64,000 nt of DNA from Utricularia gibba (GCA_002189035.1 NEEC01000009.1:3162001-3226000), one strand, 5' to 3'. Positions 24,317 to 36,473 are shown, numbered from the stretch's first letter. Notes: generated by a model from the sequence alone, not told the origin. Made by a program: numbers and translations.

Positions 24317-25368
24317 GACGCATACTGATGCATGCATTTGGTTAAAGCCTTTTTGGCCTTTTGATCTTTTGGTGGGTGTGGCTTGGGAATCTCTACAAGT
24401 CCGCTCACCTCCTCCACTCCCTTGCCCACAACTCTTCTTCATTCATTGCAATGCATACATTTGAAAAATGGACATGAAAAGTGCATGCGCATGTTTTTTG
24501 TATATAAAATTAGCGTGAGTGGGGTGTGAAAGGAGGAGGAGGGAGCGGAGCGGAGCGGCGGGGTAGGAGTCGCGGTCTTGAATGCTGCCCACCCACTCCT
24601 CAACCCACCGTCGCTGTCACATTTCATCACCCCATATGCCTTTGCTCGAGCCTTTAAAACTCAATTGGGCGCTTCATTCCATTCCATTCCATTCCCCTGC
24701 AAACACAAACAAATAAAAAACTAGTCATTTCAATGAATGAGATGGCGGATGGATGGATGGATACAAAGCGAGTAATGGAGTGTTTTTCTTGGCTGTGGCG
24801 ACCTTCACGCCAAAAGTTGGTTTCCTATCTCTGTAGTGGTTAGCTAGTGAACAAGATCAAGGGAATAAATTGCTCAAAAAATCCCTTCTTCTTCTCTCTC
24901 TCTCTCTCCTTCCCCTTTCCCCTCTGTATTAATTTGTTGCTTCTGACATGGAGAAATGCGCACGAACAAAACCCTAAACAAAACCATAATCGAATTGTCG
25001 GCTTCATTGGTGTGTATGGTTGAGGGGAAGGATGGAAATGAGTCTTTCCCATGCCTTTTGAGTCCCCACGTCCCTACGAACATTCACTCCTATCTCCTAT
25101 GTCGTCCCAACCATCTTATTAATTAGCCCTTTGAGTTATTTATGAAACATTAACAACGCCTACAAAATACAGATCTGATGAATAGGGCTTCGAAGACTGT
25201 GTAATGAGAGTGGATTTGGTTAGGAACGATGATGTGTTACAATCAGCGTATAATGACAAGAAGGAAACAAGGAAAATGGGACATGAAGTAGTAGAATGGT
25301 TGAGAGCATGATGATGATGTCGACCAGACACCTTGTAATCACCCCTACTACTACCCCATAACCCAACA

Positions 25369-25400
25369 AAAGAAAGAAAGAAAGAAAGAAAGAAAGAAAA
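25369..25400 (+). repeat. (AAAG)n microsatellite upstream of the C2H2 gene; (CT)n tracts also near 24891-24908 and 25489-25501
   Basis: Read directly from the sequence. Confidence 0.85.
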
Positions 25401-25557
25401 TATTTTGTTTGTTGCTACAGTCGCCCCAACTGGAAAGAGAAGACAAAGCTCAAAAGTTTAAATCCCTCTTTGCTTGCACCCCCACTTTCTCTCTCTCTCT
25501 CACTCTCTGCTGTCTGAACTTCGTCTTCCTCTTGCTCTTGCTCCTGAGCTTGTTTTC

Positions 25558-27083
25558 ATGGCGTTTGTTGCCCCGAAAAAGAATAAGAAGCCGAAGAAGG
25601 GGCCTTCGTCGTCCTCCTCGGCTACCTCTTCTTCTTCTTCATGGGACCAAATCAAGAACATCTTGAGCTGCAAGCAAATGGAGGTCTCAGAAATCCACCA
25701 TCCCAAGAGCATCAGGCTCCACAACCCCATCTACTCTTCCTGCTCCGACATCTGCGCTTTCCACGACGTTGTCCACGGCAACACTCGCGTCGTCCACCGC
25801 GCCGATGAGCCGGACCCCACCACCCCGAGTCAAGAAACGCGGCTCATCGCCAAAGAGAGCGCCCGGACCCGGTCCGTCAGCTCCAGATCCTCCGTCTACT
25901 CCGTCTCCGGATACTCCCACCGGAGCATGCAGCTCCGCAAACTCTCCGGCTGTTACGAGTGCCGCGCCGTCGTCGACGCCAGCAGGTAACTCACAAACAC
26001 TGTTACCAACCAAGCTCCGTATCTGAACCCCCTTTCGAAAATCGATTCCGCAGGTATCCCATCCCCAGAGCAAGCATCTGCGTCTGCTCCCAATGTGGAG
26101 AGGTCTTCCCCAAAATCGAAAGCTTAGAGCATCATCAAGCAGTCAAGCACGCAGGTCTCCATTCCTCTCCTGCTCCCATTTTTCTTAATTTTTAAATTTA
26201 TAATAAAAAAATTAGCTATTAATCACATTAAAATATTTTAATTTGCAAAATTTCATTTGATTTCAAATGAAATATGGGCATTGATCATTTAACAAGAAAT
26301 GAGGGAGAGGGCAAAAGAAAAAAGGGGGAGGCATTGAATTTCCACAGCTGGCTAATTTAATTGAAGGTCAGGCGTGGCGACACGTGGGGAGGGATGATTG
26401 GAGCTTTTGATTATTTTATTTAATATTATACCTCTGCAGTTTCTGAGCTGGGCCCAGAGGATTCGAGCCGTAACATAGTGGAAATAATATTCAAATCGAG
26501 CTGGGTAAAGAGGGACCACCCTATCTGCAAGATCGAACGGATATTGAAGGTTCACAACACGCAGCGGACGATCCAACGGTTCGAGGATTACAGGGACACC
26601 GTCAAGATACGCGCCACCGCGGGAGCCAAGAAGAACGCGCGATGCGCCGCCGACGGGAATGAGCTGCTCCGATTCCACGCCGCCACACTCGCGTGCTCGC
26701 TTGGCGCAAGGGGATCGTCTAGCCTCTGCGGCACCGGCCCCGCCTGCGGCGTCTGTACGGTCATCCGGCATGGGTTTCAGGGGAACAAGATAATTGGGGT
26801 TCGGACCACCGCGAGCAGCGGTCGGGCGCACGACTGCCTCGGCGGGACGCAGACGCGGCGAGCGATGCTGGTCTGTCGAGTGATCGCTGGGAGAGTGAAG
26901 CGCGTGGCGGATGACGCACCTGCTGATGAAGAACCCTCCGGCGCCGGGGGCGCGGTCGGTGGAACGTACGATTCGATCGCGAGCGTCGCCGGTGTTTACT
27001 CTGATCTTGAGGAGCTGTACGTGTTCAGTTCAAGGGCAATCTTGCCCTGCTTTGTCGTGATTTACAAAGTGATTGAATCTTAG
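25558..27083 (+). CDS. Plant C2H2 zinc-finger protein with C-terminal PARP-like domain (At1g75710-like), 3 exons
   Basis: SSWDQIKNILSCK, GNTRVVHR, MQLRKLSGCYEC / RYP..CSQCGEVFPKIESLEHHQAVKHA (C2H2) / VSELGPEDSSRNIVEIIFKSSW..RCAADGNELLRFH..RAMLVCRVIAGRV..RAILPCFVVIY. GT-AG junctions near 25985/26052 and 26155/26440. Confidence 0.92.
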
Positions 27084-27494
27084 TCCCTTTGTTGACTGTC
27101 TTTTTGTAATGAATAACTCTTCGTTCATTTTCACTGCAAAACTTGGTTGACACGGTTCATAATGAATAACTCCCTCCGATCGACCGGAGATTGTTCATCT
27201 CCGGGAGAGGTCAAAGTGAGTTACTGGACTGACAATGCATTTCGGCTCGCTAGTACAACGGCTTTCCATGTGGTCCAAGCAGCCAACCCCTCTTTTGGGT
27301 TATTCCGGAGCCCTGGTTTCTTACTTTTCTGTAGACATACTTGGGCTTCGGTGTTGGGCTTGGCGAGTTTTCTTTATGGTTTCGGGTGCGTTCACAATTT
27401 CTCTTCTTTTCCCCGTGTATCTCACCCAACAACCGCAATTTGGATTGTCGTGGAGCGATTCAGATTTGATTTGGGAATCCTCATCTCGTCGATA

Positions 27495-28408
27495 ATGGTA
27501 AGCCGTCTGCTATGTTCTCCTCGATTTCTTAGCTATCACCTTCGATTCTCACGATGGATTTGCTTCAATTTGGGGTTTCTGATGCCGCAGATCAGATTCA
27601 TACTGTTGCAGAACAGGCAGGGTAAAACTCGCCTCGCTAAATACTACATTCCTCTGGAGGAATCCGAGAAGCATAAAGTCGAGTACGAGGTAAATTTTTA
27701 TTTGTTCGGCTTCCCTGTTCGATCGCGTAGTCTCGGAAAATTTCAAACTGGTCCGGCTGCTTCAGGTTCATCGTTTGGTTGTCAATAGAGATCCCAAATT
27801 CACCAACTTCGTTGAGGTGATCTTGCCATCACATTTTTTGTGCCCCCCCCCCCTAATCAATTCCTCCCGTAAACTGTGTTGTTTCTTTTGGTAAATGCGT
27901 TTAGCAAGATTTTCGTATCCGTCTCACAGTTGCTTCGATCTTACGTTCATTGTTTGCAGTTTCGAACCCACAAAGTTATCTACAGGCGGTATGCGGGTTT
28001 ATTCTTCTCACTGTGTGTAGACATCACTGACAACGAACTGGCCTATTTGGAGAGCATACACTTGTTCGTAGAGATACTCGATCATTTCTTCAGCAACGTG
28101 TGCGAGCTGGATTTGGTCTTCAATTTCCACAAGGTTTGCTTCTGATAAATGCATCTCCGTCATAGAAACTCGCCGTGTGAAGATTTTCATGGCATCTGAT
28201 GATTCTTCTGTATTGGGTTTTTTGTCAAAGGTTTATCTGATATTGGATGAGTTCATTCTTGCTGGTGAGTTGCAAGAGACCAGCAAAAAGGTAATCTGAG
28301 GTTACCCCCCTCCTGTTTCTGCATTTCCGAACTAATGACTGAAATGTGCTGTTGTGGATGCATCAGGCGATCATCGAGAGAATGGGAGAGCTGGAGAAGC
28401 AGGAGTAG
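27495..28408 (+). CDS. AP2S: AP-2 complex subunit sigma (clathrin adaptor small chain), 6 coding exons, first coding exon is only the ATG
   Basis: ATG|gtaagc, then [33 protein letters not shown] / [17 protein letters not shown] / [24 protein letters not shown] / [20 protein letters not shown] / [13 protein letters not shown]. Confidence 0.96.
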
Positions 28409-28625
28409 GAGCATCAGATCACACCATTGTTGTAGTTCATTGACTTTCCTGCATCTTTCTGCAGCTGCGTTGTTAGAGGGTGAACAAGTGTTCAAAAGAC
28501 TACAGGATCATCATCTATGCGCTATGTCTTGATTACTATTGACATCTACAAAGCACCCTTCTTTTCAAAAAGTGATAAAACAAAGGCGTTGCCCTGCAGT
28601 TGATCCGGTGAAAACTGATGGGTGG

Positions 28626-29015
28626 TTAGAAGAACCGGAAACCTGACTGGAACGAGGGCTGGTAGTGAACCATGATCAGCAGCAGCAGTAACACTAGAAA
28701 CGGAGGTACAGCCGTGCTCCAGTTCTCGGCGGGTGTCTCTTGCTGCTCCGGCGGCACTACCGCGTTGTTCTGGACGTAGCTTCGGGCCAGCGCCACCGCG
28801 TTGGATAGCAGAATCACCACCATCGGCAACAGGATGAGACCGATCTTGAATCCGGTCTTCTTGCTCTCCACCCGCTCTTCCAATTCGCCGGAGGATTCTA
28901 AGTACAACAAAGTTATCACCAGCACGCAGAAGACGACCAGCGGCAGCGGCGGCGGCGATATGGTCTCGTCTCTCCAGCTTACCCCGGGCCTTCTTCCTGC
29001 TAAGAACCACACCAT
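28626..29015 (-). CDS. Small plant-specific multi-pass membrane protein, uncharacterised, 129 aa
   Basis: Three hydrophobic segments: PPPLPLVVFCVLVITLL, IGLILLPMVVILL and VPPFLVLLLLLIMVHYQPSFQS. The pattern matches a recurrent plant transmembrane family. Confidence 0.75.
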   Translation of the reverse strand: MVWFLAGRRPGVSWRDETISPPPLPLVVFCVLVITLLYLESSGELEERVESKKTGFKIGLILLPMVVILLSNAVALARSYVQNNAVVPPEQQETPAENWSTAVPPFLVLLLLLIMVHYQPSFQSGFRFF

Positions 29016-29450
29016 TTGTCTTCGTGGAGTTGGAACGCTTCCTGTCTGCTTGGTACGTAGTGAGTGTTAAAGCTTCAGCATGTGCGACGAGGGAACTGCG
29101 AATAACGGCTGCTTAAAGGGAACTTGGCGTGAATGTCTCCGGAAACCTCCAGATTCCGAATGGTGGCTTTCAGGTGAAACGTGTCGGTGCCTTAAAGAGA
29201 CACGTGTGGGGAAAAAGAAAAGTAAATAAAGTCAAATTTTTATAGTGGGCAGGCCCAAATACTTGGAGCGGACTCATAGGCTGAAGCCCAAATGTTGTTA
29301 TTGGCCGTTACTTTACATGGCCATGATTCGGCAAGGGATGGCCCAGGTATGTGTGCCCTTTTGCATTCATATTGCTCGTCTTTCCAAAACTTCTCTTGCT
29401 CCCAGGTTTCGCACTTCTTTTCTTTTTGAATTCGATTCAGCTGCTAAGGG

Positions 29451-30770
29451 ATGTCACGCCTGGGCGCGACAAGGGTGAAGGAGGAGGTTTCCGACCCAGA
29501 CGAGGAAGATGGCAAGAGCATTGCGTCGGTTTTCGATAAGAAGAAACAGAAGCCAGCGAACAAACATGTCGACCCGAAATCGCATTCCGGAGCCAAAATG
29601 CTATCGAACGGAGTGAAAAGGGAGGAAGATGGTGAGGAATCCACCCCAAAGAAGTTCGCAATCAAGACTGTTGTTACTGTAAGGGCTTCAGATTCTTTTT
29701 ATTTTGTTTTTTGCTATGGTGAGGCCACTATTTGATTCGTTGATGAGATTCAGAATAAAAAAGTGGTAAGATCGAAACTAGTGAAGGAAGAAGTGGTGGT
29801 GACCAAACAAGTGAAGAAAGAAGGACATGGTGAGGAGACTAAGGATGTTAAGAAAAGGGAGAGAAAAGTTTATGCGTTGCCTGGCCAGAAAAGGGACCCC
29901 CCTGAGGAGGTTAAATTCTTGGGTTTGCGTACAGCATTTCGGTTTCGTTTCAGATCTTTCTGACTGCATTACCTTCTTTTGTATAAATTCAATTCAGAGA
30001 GATCCACTGAGGATTTTCTATGAGACCCTGCACCAGCAATTACCAAGCAGTGAGATGGCAGCCATATGGTGGGAATTTTCTCATTGCCATATTTCTATTC
30101 ATTACCTACAGAACTAAATCATGGGCTATTGGTTCTTGATCTTCGCATGTTGCCTGTTCCCTCCTTGCGGAAAATGTGATAACCTATCAGTCGTGGCTAA
30201 GGATTTTTGAATCCATCTTTTATGCTGGTGTATGCTTAGAAAATCTGTGATTCAATGTATATGACTTGGAGGAAACTAAACTGAGTTGGCTTTGCGTCGT
30301 GTTGCCCCTGTTATGATATTATTCATGAACCTTATGCCTGTGATACACATATTCGTCTATCATGTCTCTGCAAGTAAAATAATTCTCCCTCCCTCTGTCT
30401 TCTGCGGGTGTTTATAATTCATTTCATGAATCTTCTATTTTGTACTTGTCTGCTGATACCACTGTACTGCAGGATGATGGAGTCGGGATTGCTCCCCTTC
30501 GAAGAGGCTCGGAAAGTTTATGAGCGGAAACAGAATAAGCCCCAAAAGCTTAATTCGCCTTCGGCAACTGTTGAAAAGAGGAAGCAGTGCAGCAGCGTTA
30601 CAAAGAAATCTGTTGAGCCCACGCGCAAAACAATCACTGTGGACTCGAAAACAGAAGCATCCAGCACCCAATCAAGGAAACGAAAGAGCAAAGAGGAGTT
30701 GTCTGAGGAGGAGGACGACGATGACTTCTTTCTGAGTGCAAGGAAACCCAAGAAATCGAGAGCCTCCTGA
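29451..30770 (+). CDS. Uncharacterised Lys/Glu-rich nuclear protein (At1g19990-like), 4 exons
   Basis: Conserved block KKRERKVYALPGQKRDPPEE / RDPLRIFYETLHQQLPSSEMAAIW / MMESGLLPFEEARKVYERK assembled across GT-AG introns. Confidence 0.87.
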
Positions 30771-31729
30771 TCCATTTGCATGCGTTTCTGTCATTCCATC
30801 CCCATATTCTTCTACTTGTTTATGGTTTCCAGTTTGTTCGCAACGCGTAATCTGAAAGTGTTGTATGACGGGATTGGAGCTTGGGATGTCTTTGCGCTGC
30901 GCGATTCCGAGTAAATCAACCGGGTATGTCGTGTGCCACATCGAATTTCAAGTATTTTAATGGCATCTTGCGCTTGTTCCTTCCCGCTCGTCTTATCAGA
31001 TCTGTCACCGGGTTGCCGTACAGCAGACACCTGCCCCTTCACAGCGGTAAGAAAAAAAAAAGTCTATCTTATCTTCTCTTCCCTTCCCTTCCCCCTGCGC
31101 GGTGAAAAGCAAAAGCAGTCACCCTGAAGACGAAACTTCCAGAGCAAAGTGAATCTACGTGCCATAGACAGGTTGCATAAATTCGGGTAAAAGCACCTGA
31201 TTCACCTGCTTTTTATATGGTAAAATGGGTGGATGAATTATCTTTTACTATTATATTATGACCGACTCACGATTTACCAGCACGATGAGAGATCACATCT
31301 TCTCCCAGAGTACTGCTCCCTGATAAAACAACCAGTTGAGAATCGCGTTGTCGTGGAAGCCTGCTGCAGTTGTTCCGCCAGCCACACAGTGGTCATCATG
31401 CAGCGACATGGGCCAGACCAGGACCCGCCCGACCCATCAGACAACCAACCCGTCCCATCATCACTCGGAGCTCCCATAGATGAACGTTTCACTTCTTGTA
31501 CTGCTACTGTTGCTAAATGGGGTATCCCCCATGACAGTTTACCAATGCTTAAAATTGCATACCCGCTTACTTTGTTTCTATTTAGGTCTTTTGCAATGGG
31601 TTCTAGTTCCTGAAGAGTGTGCTGGGGGAGCATTCCGCTTGCACAACACAATTCATTAGATGGTATATTACACGCGAGTTTAAACATAGCGCATCAGCGG
31701 AAGAAAGGAAGTATGACAAAAGAACAAGT

Positions 31730-32403
31730 TCAGAGGGGGGCTGAGGCGGCTCTCTGGAACTGGGGCTGGCTCTTTTTCTTCAGATAAGAAGGGACCTGCT
31801 CCTCATCAGAGACCTACATGTTGAAACCGATGAGAAAAAACTGATGTGTTCGAAACAGCAAGATTTTAGGGTTGCCTGATCCATAACGTGTTGTTACCTG
31901 AGATGTTTCCTTCTTTTCGTCCGCATTCCCAATCTCCAGCTGCTTCTTCAACTGATTGTTCTCTTTCACGAGACGCGCAACTTCTCGCTCCAATTCAGAA
32001 GTGTAAGCTTGCTTCCGAGCCCGGGACCGCACCGCAGACTCCCTGTTCTTCATCAACCGAAGCTTCTTCTTCGAAGTCTCTTCTTCGTGTTGAGAATGAG
32101 GAGGAGCAAGGACTGGCACTGCTGTCAACCCACTGCCACTGCTACTAGTTCCACCATCCATCCCCGCAACCGTCGCTTCCGGCAGCAGAGGATGTGTATC
32201 AGTGGAGCTGGAAGCACAAAGTGGTGGACCCGAAAACGGGTGTCGGTTTCGGGGACACTGGTGCACAGACCCCAGAAGGCGTAGCCCGGATAGGTTCCGC
32301 GGGGCTGAAGCGATGGCCGTGACAGAGGAAGAGGAGGGAGTGTAGGGCAGAGAAGAAAGGCTGAGCTCCGCCCAGTCCTCCTCCGCATCGAAACGGACGA
32401 CAT
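31730..32403 (-). CDS. Group A bZIP transcription factor, FD-like; N-terminus needs a one-base correction or a downstream start
   Basis: Basic region LMKNRESAVRSRARKQAYTSELEREVARLVKENNQLKKQLE. N-terminal EEDWAELSLSSL resembles the FD motif EEVWxDINLSSL. The last exon (31813-31730) ends QFQRAASAPL*. No in-frame ATG precedes the N-terminal motif; the ATGs at 32490, 32403 and 32388 are one frame off. Confidence 0.82.
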
Positions 32404-34371
32404 CGACGCACGTTGCTGCTGCAAAGTGTATGCTCCCCAGCCCCCCTCCCCTTCCCTCCACTTAAATAGATCGCATCCGCAGCAGCCCATCGGAAATTGG
32501 GACACCAATTCAACTCTTTCGTAAACGACGAGAAGACAGACACCCCACCCCACCCCCTTGCCTCGACCCTTTCCCCATGGATCAATTATTCCCAAATATT
32601 GCCTAAAACAAAAACAAAAAAAGGAAATTGATTATTTTTAATGCGCTGTCGCTTTTCTAAATAATGACCCAATGCATTGCCTGGAATTCTTTGGTGCGCG
32701 AGGGTTGGTAGACAAAAGACGACGTCGTAGCGTAGGCCTGTTATGATTACAACACGTCGCAGAGGCTGCCCCTTGAAAAGATGCATCGTGGCGAAAACGA
32801 CACCACTCCTCCAACTACAGCATTTGTTACTTTCCAGATATGGTACACCTTAACAGTCGTCACCTTGGGCAACAAAAAAAAAAAAACATTTTCTTTTTCT
32901 TATATTCAGCAAAAAACAAATTGTGTCCAATCGTGATCCAGATATCTGGATTCGTTTTGGAGTTTTCGGGGCTCCCATCACTTGGTAACTGGTGTTCCTT
33001 TTTAGGTATGTTGATGTGATAAAATTGGGGATGGAGTTGGAATTTCAGTGTTTATTTAAGTAGAAATTATTAATTAATGTAACTTAGTTTGGCCTTGCGT
33101 TTCTGTGCAATAAAGTATGATGTTGAAATATTGTATAAAATAATAAATGCTTTTATTGATGTCACAAAATTGAAGTGTGGGATGGAGCCCACTGTCGCCA
33201 TTTGTCGTGTTAACAGTGTTCTCAATGACCGAGTCGCCCTGTCAAACTTAGTCAAAATCGTTTCTTTATCGTGGACGCAGCTTTTTCTTATCTTCTTCTT
33301 CCCTTTGTTCCAGATGGATCATTGATGCATACATATTTCTAATTTTTTTGAATATCAACAAATTAAATATATTTACTGAGTATACTATCGGCCTTAGTCA
33401 TCAAGAGAAAGGGCTCTCTGGGAGAGCTCTGCCGCGACTGGGATGTGTTGAAGCATTTTGGTATCGTCAGCGTTTGGGATTCTCGAGTGGTTTCTCCCCT
33501 TTGGCAATTCCCATTTCGGGCCTCCAGACTTACCAACAATAGAAAAGAAAAAAACAAAAAAGAAAACGCGCGTTACCAAAATCAACGTATCTTGATTATT
33601 ATATCCATGGAAGTGTTTAAATCAGTGTTCTGGAAATTTTTGAAATATGTTTTAATTTTCAAAATTACTTTTCTAAAATAAAAATAAAAAGTAAAAGTAA
33701 TTAATTCATTACTTTTTTAAAAAATAAACTTTGTATTTATAATTTTAAAAATGTTTTTGATAGAATTACTTTTACAATTAAAAGTGTTCTAGAACAAAAT
33801 TATTTTTAATTCTGAAAAGTATGAATAAATTTTAAAAACTTTACATAATACTCTTTTTAAATTTGCCCACCAAATATGGCCTTAGATTTTCCACGTGGCC
33901 TTTGAGCTAACCTTGTGACGTATCGTACAAAGAAGGGCTGGGCCTCGATTTTTGGGCCTGGTCTTCTGTATAGAAAGCTCAACATTGTGACCCAATTTCT
34001 ATTCGAGGATGCTTGTGTGAACTGTGAAGAGCAGGGCGTCTGTACGAGAGGATCGTTTTTTGATTTGATCGAGGTATGCCCTTTCTTTTTTCCGTTCTCG
34101 TTTTTTTTTCTCTTTTGTGAATAGTTAGTGTAGTATTCATTGCAACGATGATGGATGCGCGATTGCAAGTTTTGGAGGCCTAAATCGGGATGATCGCCCT
34201 TGAAATCTGTTGGTTAGGGCGAAGTAAACCGGTGAGGGTGCGAACCGAATGTCTTTTTTTGTTGTAGTTTTCAGCATGTTGATTTTGCGAATGAGTTTTC
34301 TTGATATTATGTTGATGAAGGGTTTTGTTTATGTTTTGGATTCTGTTCCTTTTTCTGAAACATGGAACCAG

Positions 34372-34819
34372 ATGCAGATTTTCTTGAGGAATGGGAGGAC
34401 AACGACGCTGGAGGTTCAGAGTTGGTTAACCGTTGGCGAGGTGAAGCAGACGGACGATTCATGAGAAGAAAGGACTCCCAAATTGTGCGCCGCGATTGAT
34501 TTACAATGGGAAGTTTTTGAAAGATGCGGTAACGCTTGCTGATTACAATATACAAAAGGAATCAACTCTCCACCTTTCGTACTGGTCTGCGCTACAGCGC
34601 ACTGGAGCTATCAATGCAGTCAACATTGAAGGGCCAATGGAAGATTGCTTTGATGAGGTTTCGTTGTTCAAACCTGAAGCCGCACTCCCCCCACAGCCTC
34701 TAAATGACTTGTTAGTTACCAATGGCTCGTCCTTACGCAGAGACTGCCAACAGGCGTCTGAGATTGCATCCCGAACCAGGAGATTTCAGGTACAGGACTT
34801 ACGAATTACCGGTGCATAA
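34372..34819 (+). pseudogene. Diverged ubiquitin-like domain gene with a 4-bp duplication frameshift and no C-terminal GG
   Basis: [27 protein letters not shown] + GACG duplication (cagacg-gacg-att, about 34447-34456) + [44 protein letters not shown] leader intron (about 34075-34371) ends CAG immediately before the ATG, as in plant polyubiquitin genes. Confidence 0.8.
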
Positions 34820-34919
34820 GACTTATGTTTTCGAAGCACTAACAATGCAATAACGGGACTCCGATTGCAGGAGGAGATCACTCCTTCAATACATAAACTC
34901 ATGCTTACGTGGCACTAAC

Positions 34920-35499
34920 AATGCACGACAGGTGACTCAGGAGGTAGGCATTGCTGGCGGAAACGACGGGTGACTCAAGAAGCAGGCATTGCGGTCACCC
35001 GAAAAAAGAGAACCCGACGGGGCAGGTCAAAGGAACAACGAACACCGAACAGGTGACTCAGGATATAGGCAATGGGTTCACCGCCAAAGCGAGGAGACGG
35101 CGGGTGCAGGATATAGGAGCAACGAGCACACAGCATGGGGGAAGTTACCTCTCAAGGGGCAATGGGTGACAGATATTTCAGGTATCGAGGGGGCAGCCCC
35201 ACTGCGACCGCACACTGTTTGTGACATAGGAGTTGGGTGTGCACGTAACAAGGGTAGAGGAGTGTATGGAGAGAGACGCCACATCACAAGGAACTTCGCA
35301 CAAGGAGTTCAGTCTAGCGGACTGCATGGATGTTCTGGCTACCTTACCTGATGTCATTGAAGGAGATGAGCTTTGGTACTTGGCGCGGCCACATTCTCGG
35401 ATTGTCTTTCTTAAGTGCAGGGCAACAGAGGGGCGTCTGAGATATTTTAAGCTTAAGAGGTGGTTTGCACGTGAACAAGGGTCACAACCACAACTCTGA
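34920..35499 (+). pseudogene. Fragmented ORFs with degenerate peptide repeats ending in a segment like the C-terminus of Myb/SANT-like (Harbinger-derived, LIMYB-type) proteins
   Basis: Repeats ARQVTQEVGIA, KRRVTQEAGIA, TEQVTQDIGNG and RRRVQDIGAT lie in successive frames. The terminal FSLADCMDVLATLPDVIEGDELWYLA..RIVFLKC..RLRYF resembles that family by eye only. Confidence 0.45.
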
Positions 35500-35752
35500 A
35501 TTTCAGTGGATTCGAATGCACAGGCGTCCTCTGAACCATGAGAGGCCTGTGTGATGAATACCGTTTCTGGATGCTCGTTGATGCTTTTTTTGGGAATCAG
35601 TTATTCTGGATCTGGGGCCAATTCCTCCAATTGATTATCTTAAAATTCGTACTTGGGGAGGAAGATCGAATCCACGATTTCCAGTTTGTAAATTCAATAG
35701 ATACAAAAATGCGAACAAGACCAGAATTCAGAGTCGAAGCATTCAGCTTTGT

Positions 35753-36262
35753 CTACTGGACTGTCACCTTTCCAACCATCCCAGCTCCTTGATGAGGAGC
35801 ACAGTAAAAGGAGTAAGTCCCCGGCTCCGTCAACGTCACAGAATAAACCTCATCTGCGGCATTGAGGTAGTCATCGTCCAGCATCGAAATCTTGGAAACA
35901 TCCACTCCGGCAGGGACTTCGTCCTCATCGAACACCACATTGTGTGGGAAGCCAGCGATGTTCTTGAACACAATCTTCTCCCCTGCAGGCACTACGAAGC
36001 TCTGGGGGTCGAACACTAATGCACCATCATCACGGCCAAGCTTCACCTCGAAGGCCAGTGCATTGCTAGCGAGGATCGCGCCGGCGGCGGTGGCAACCAC
36101 AGCCGCACCGACGTCCTTCCATGAGGCCTTCACTGTGAGCTTAGAAGCAGTGGAGCCAGAGACGGAGAACCGGGGAGCGGTGGCCGGTTTGGTGGACGAA
36201 GCTCCAGCCTTGAGGCCTGAGAAAGAAAGAAAAGAAACAGCAGAAGAGGTCACAGCTGCCAT
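35753..36262 (-). CDS. PETE: Plastocyanin precursor, 169 aa, intronless
   Basis: Bipartite transit peptide ending ASNALA. Mature cupredoxin with [19 protein letters not shown] and [19 protein letters not shown] (His, Cys, His, Met Cu ligands). Confidence 0.99.
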   Translation of the reverse strand: MAAVTSSAVSFLSFSGLKAGASSTKPATAPRFSVSGSTASKLTVKASWKDVGAAVVATAAGAILASNALAFEVKLGRDDGALVFDPQSFVVPAGEKIVFKNIAGFPHNVVFDEDEVPAGVDVSKISMLDDDYLNAADEVYSVTLTEPGTYSFYCAPHQGAGMVGKVTVQ

Positions 36263-36384
36263 TGCTGGATCTTGTAATGGGGAAGGTCCCTTGGAATGAA
36301 CGATCAGAGAAGGGGTTCAGATTAAATACATCAACCGAGCTCATCTTTTGCTTCAAGGTTGTGTGGTGCACGGAGCTCACAAGG

Positions 36385-36473
36385 GATAAGGTGCTCCAGA
36401 TGCTATCAGATTGGCGCTACCTTATTGGCTACCACAGCACCTACTGTGTGAGGTGGTAAATCCGACACGTGTC
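36385..36473 (-). promoter_or_regulatory. Light-responsive promoter module of PETE: I-box GATAAG (36385-36390), CCAAT boxes, palindromic G-box GACACGTGTC (36464-36473)
   Basis: Motifs read directly, 120-210 bp upstream of the plastocyanin ATG. The combination is typical of photosynthesis genes. Confidence 0.6.

Noticed and set aside
27147-27788. 213-aa ORF between the C2H2 gene and AP2S, and other long six-frame ORFs (4316-4879, 20487-20927, 26352-26831, 18629-19201)
   Set aside because: They are read-through into, or antisense/alternate-frame shadows of, real spliced genes, with no independent motifs.
33489-33507. miR399-like string TGCCAAAGG on the minus strand
   Set aside because: Only 9 nt match the mature miRNA and no complementary star arm or hairpin is evident.
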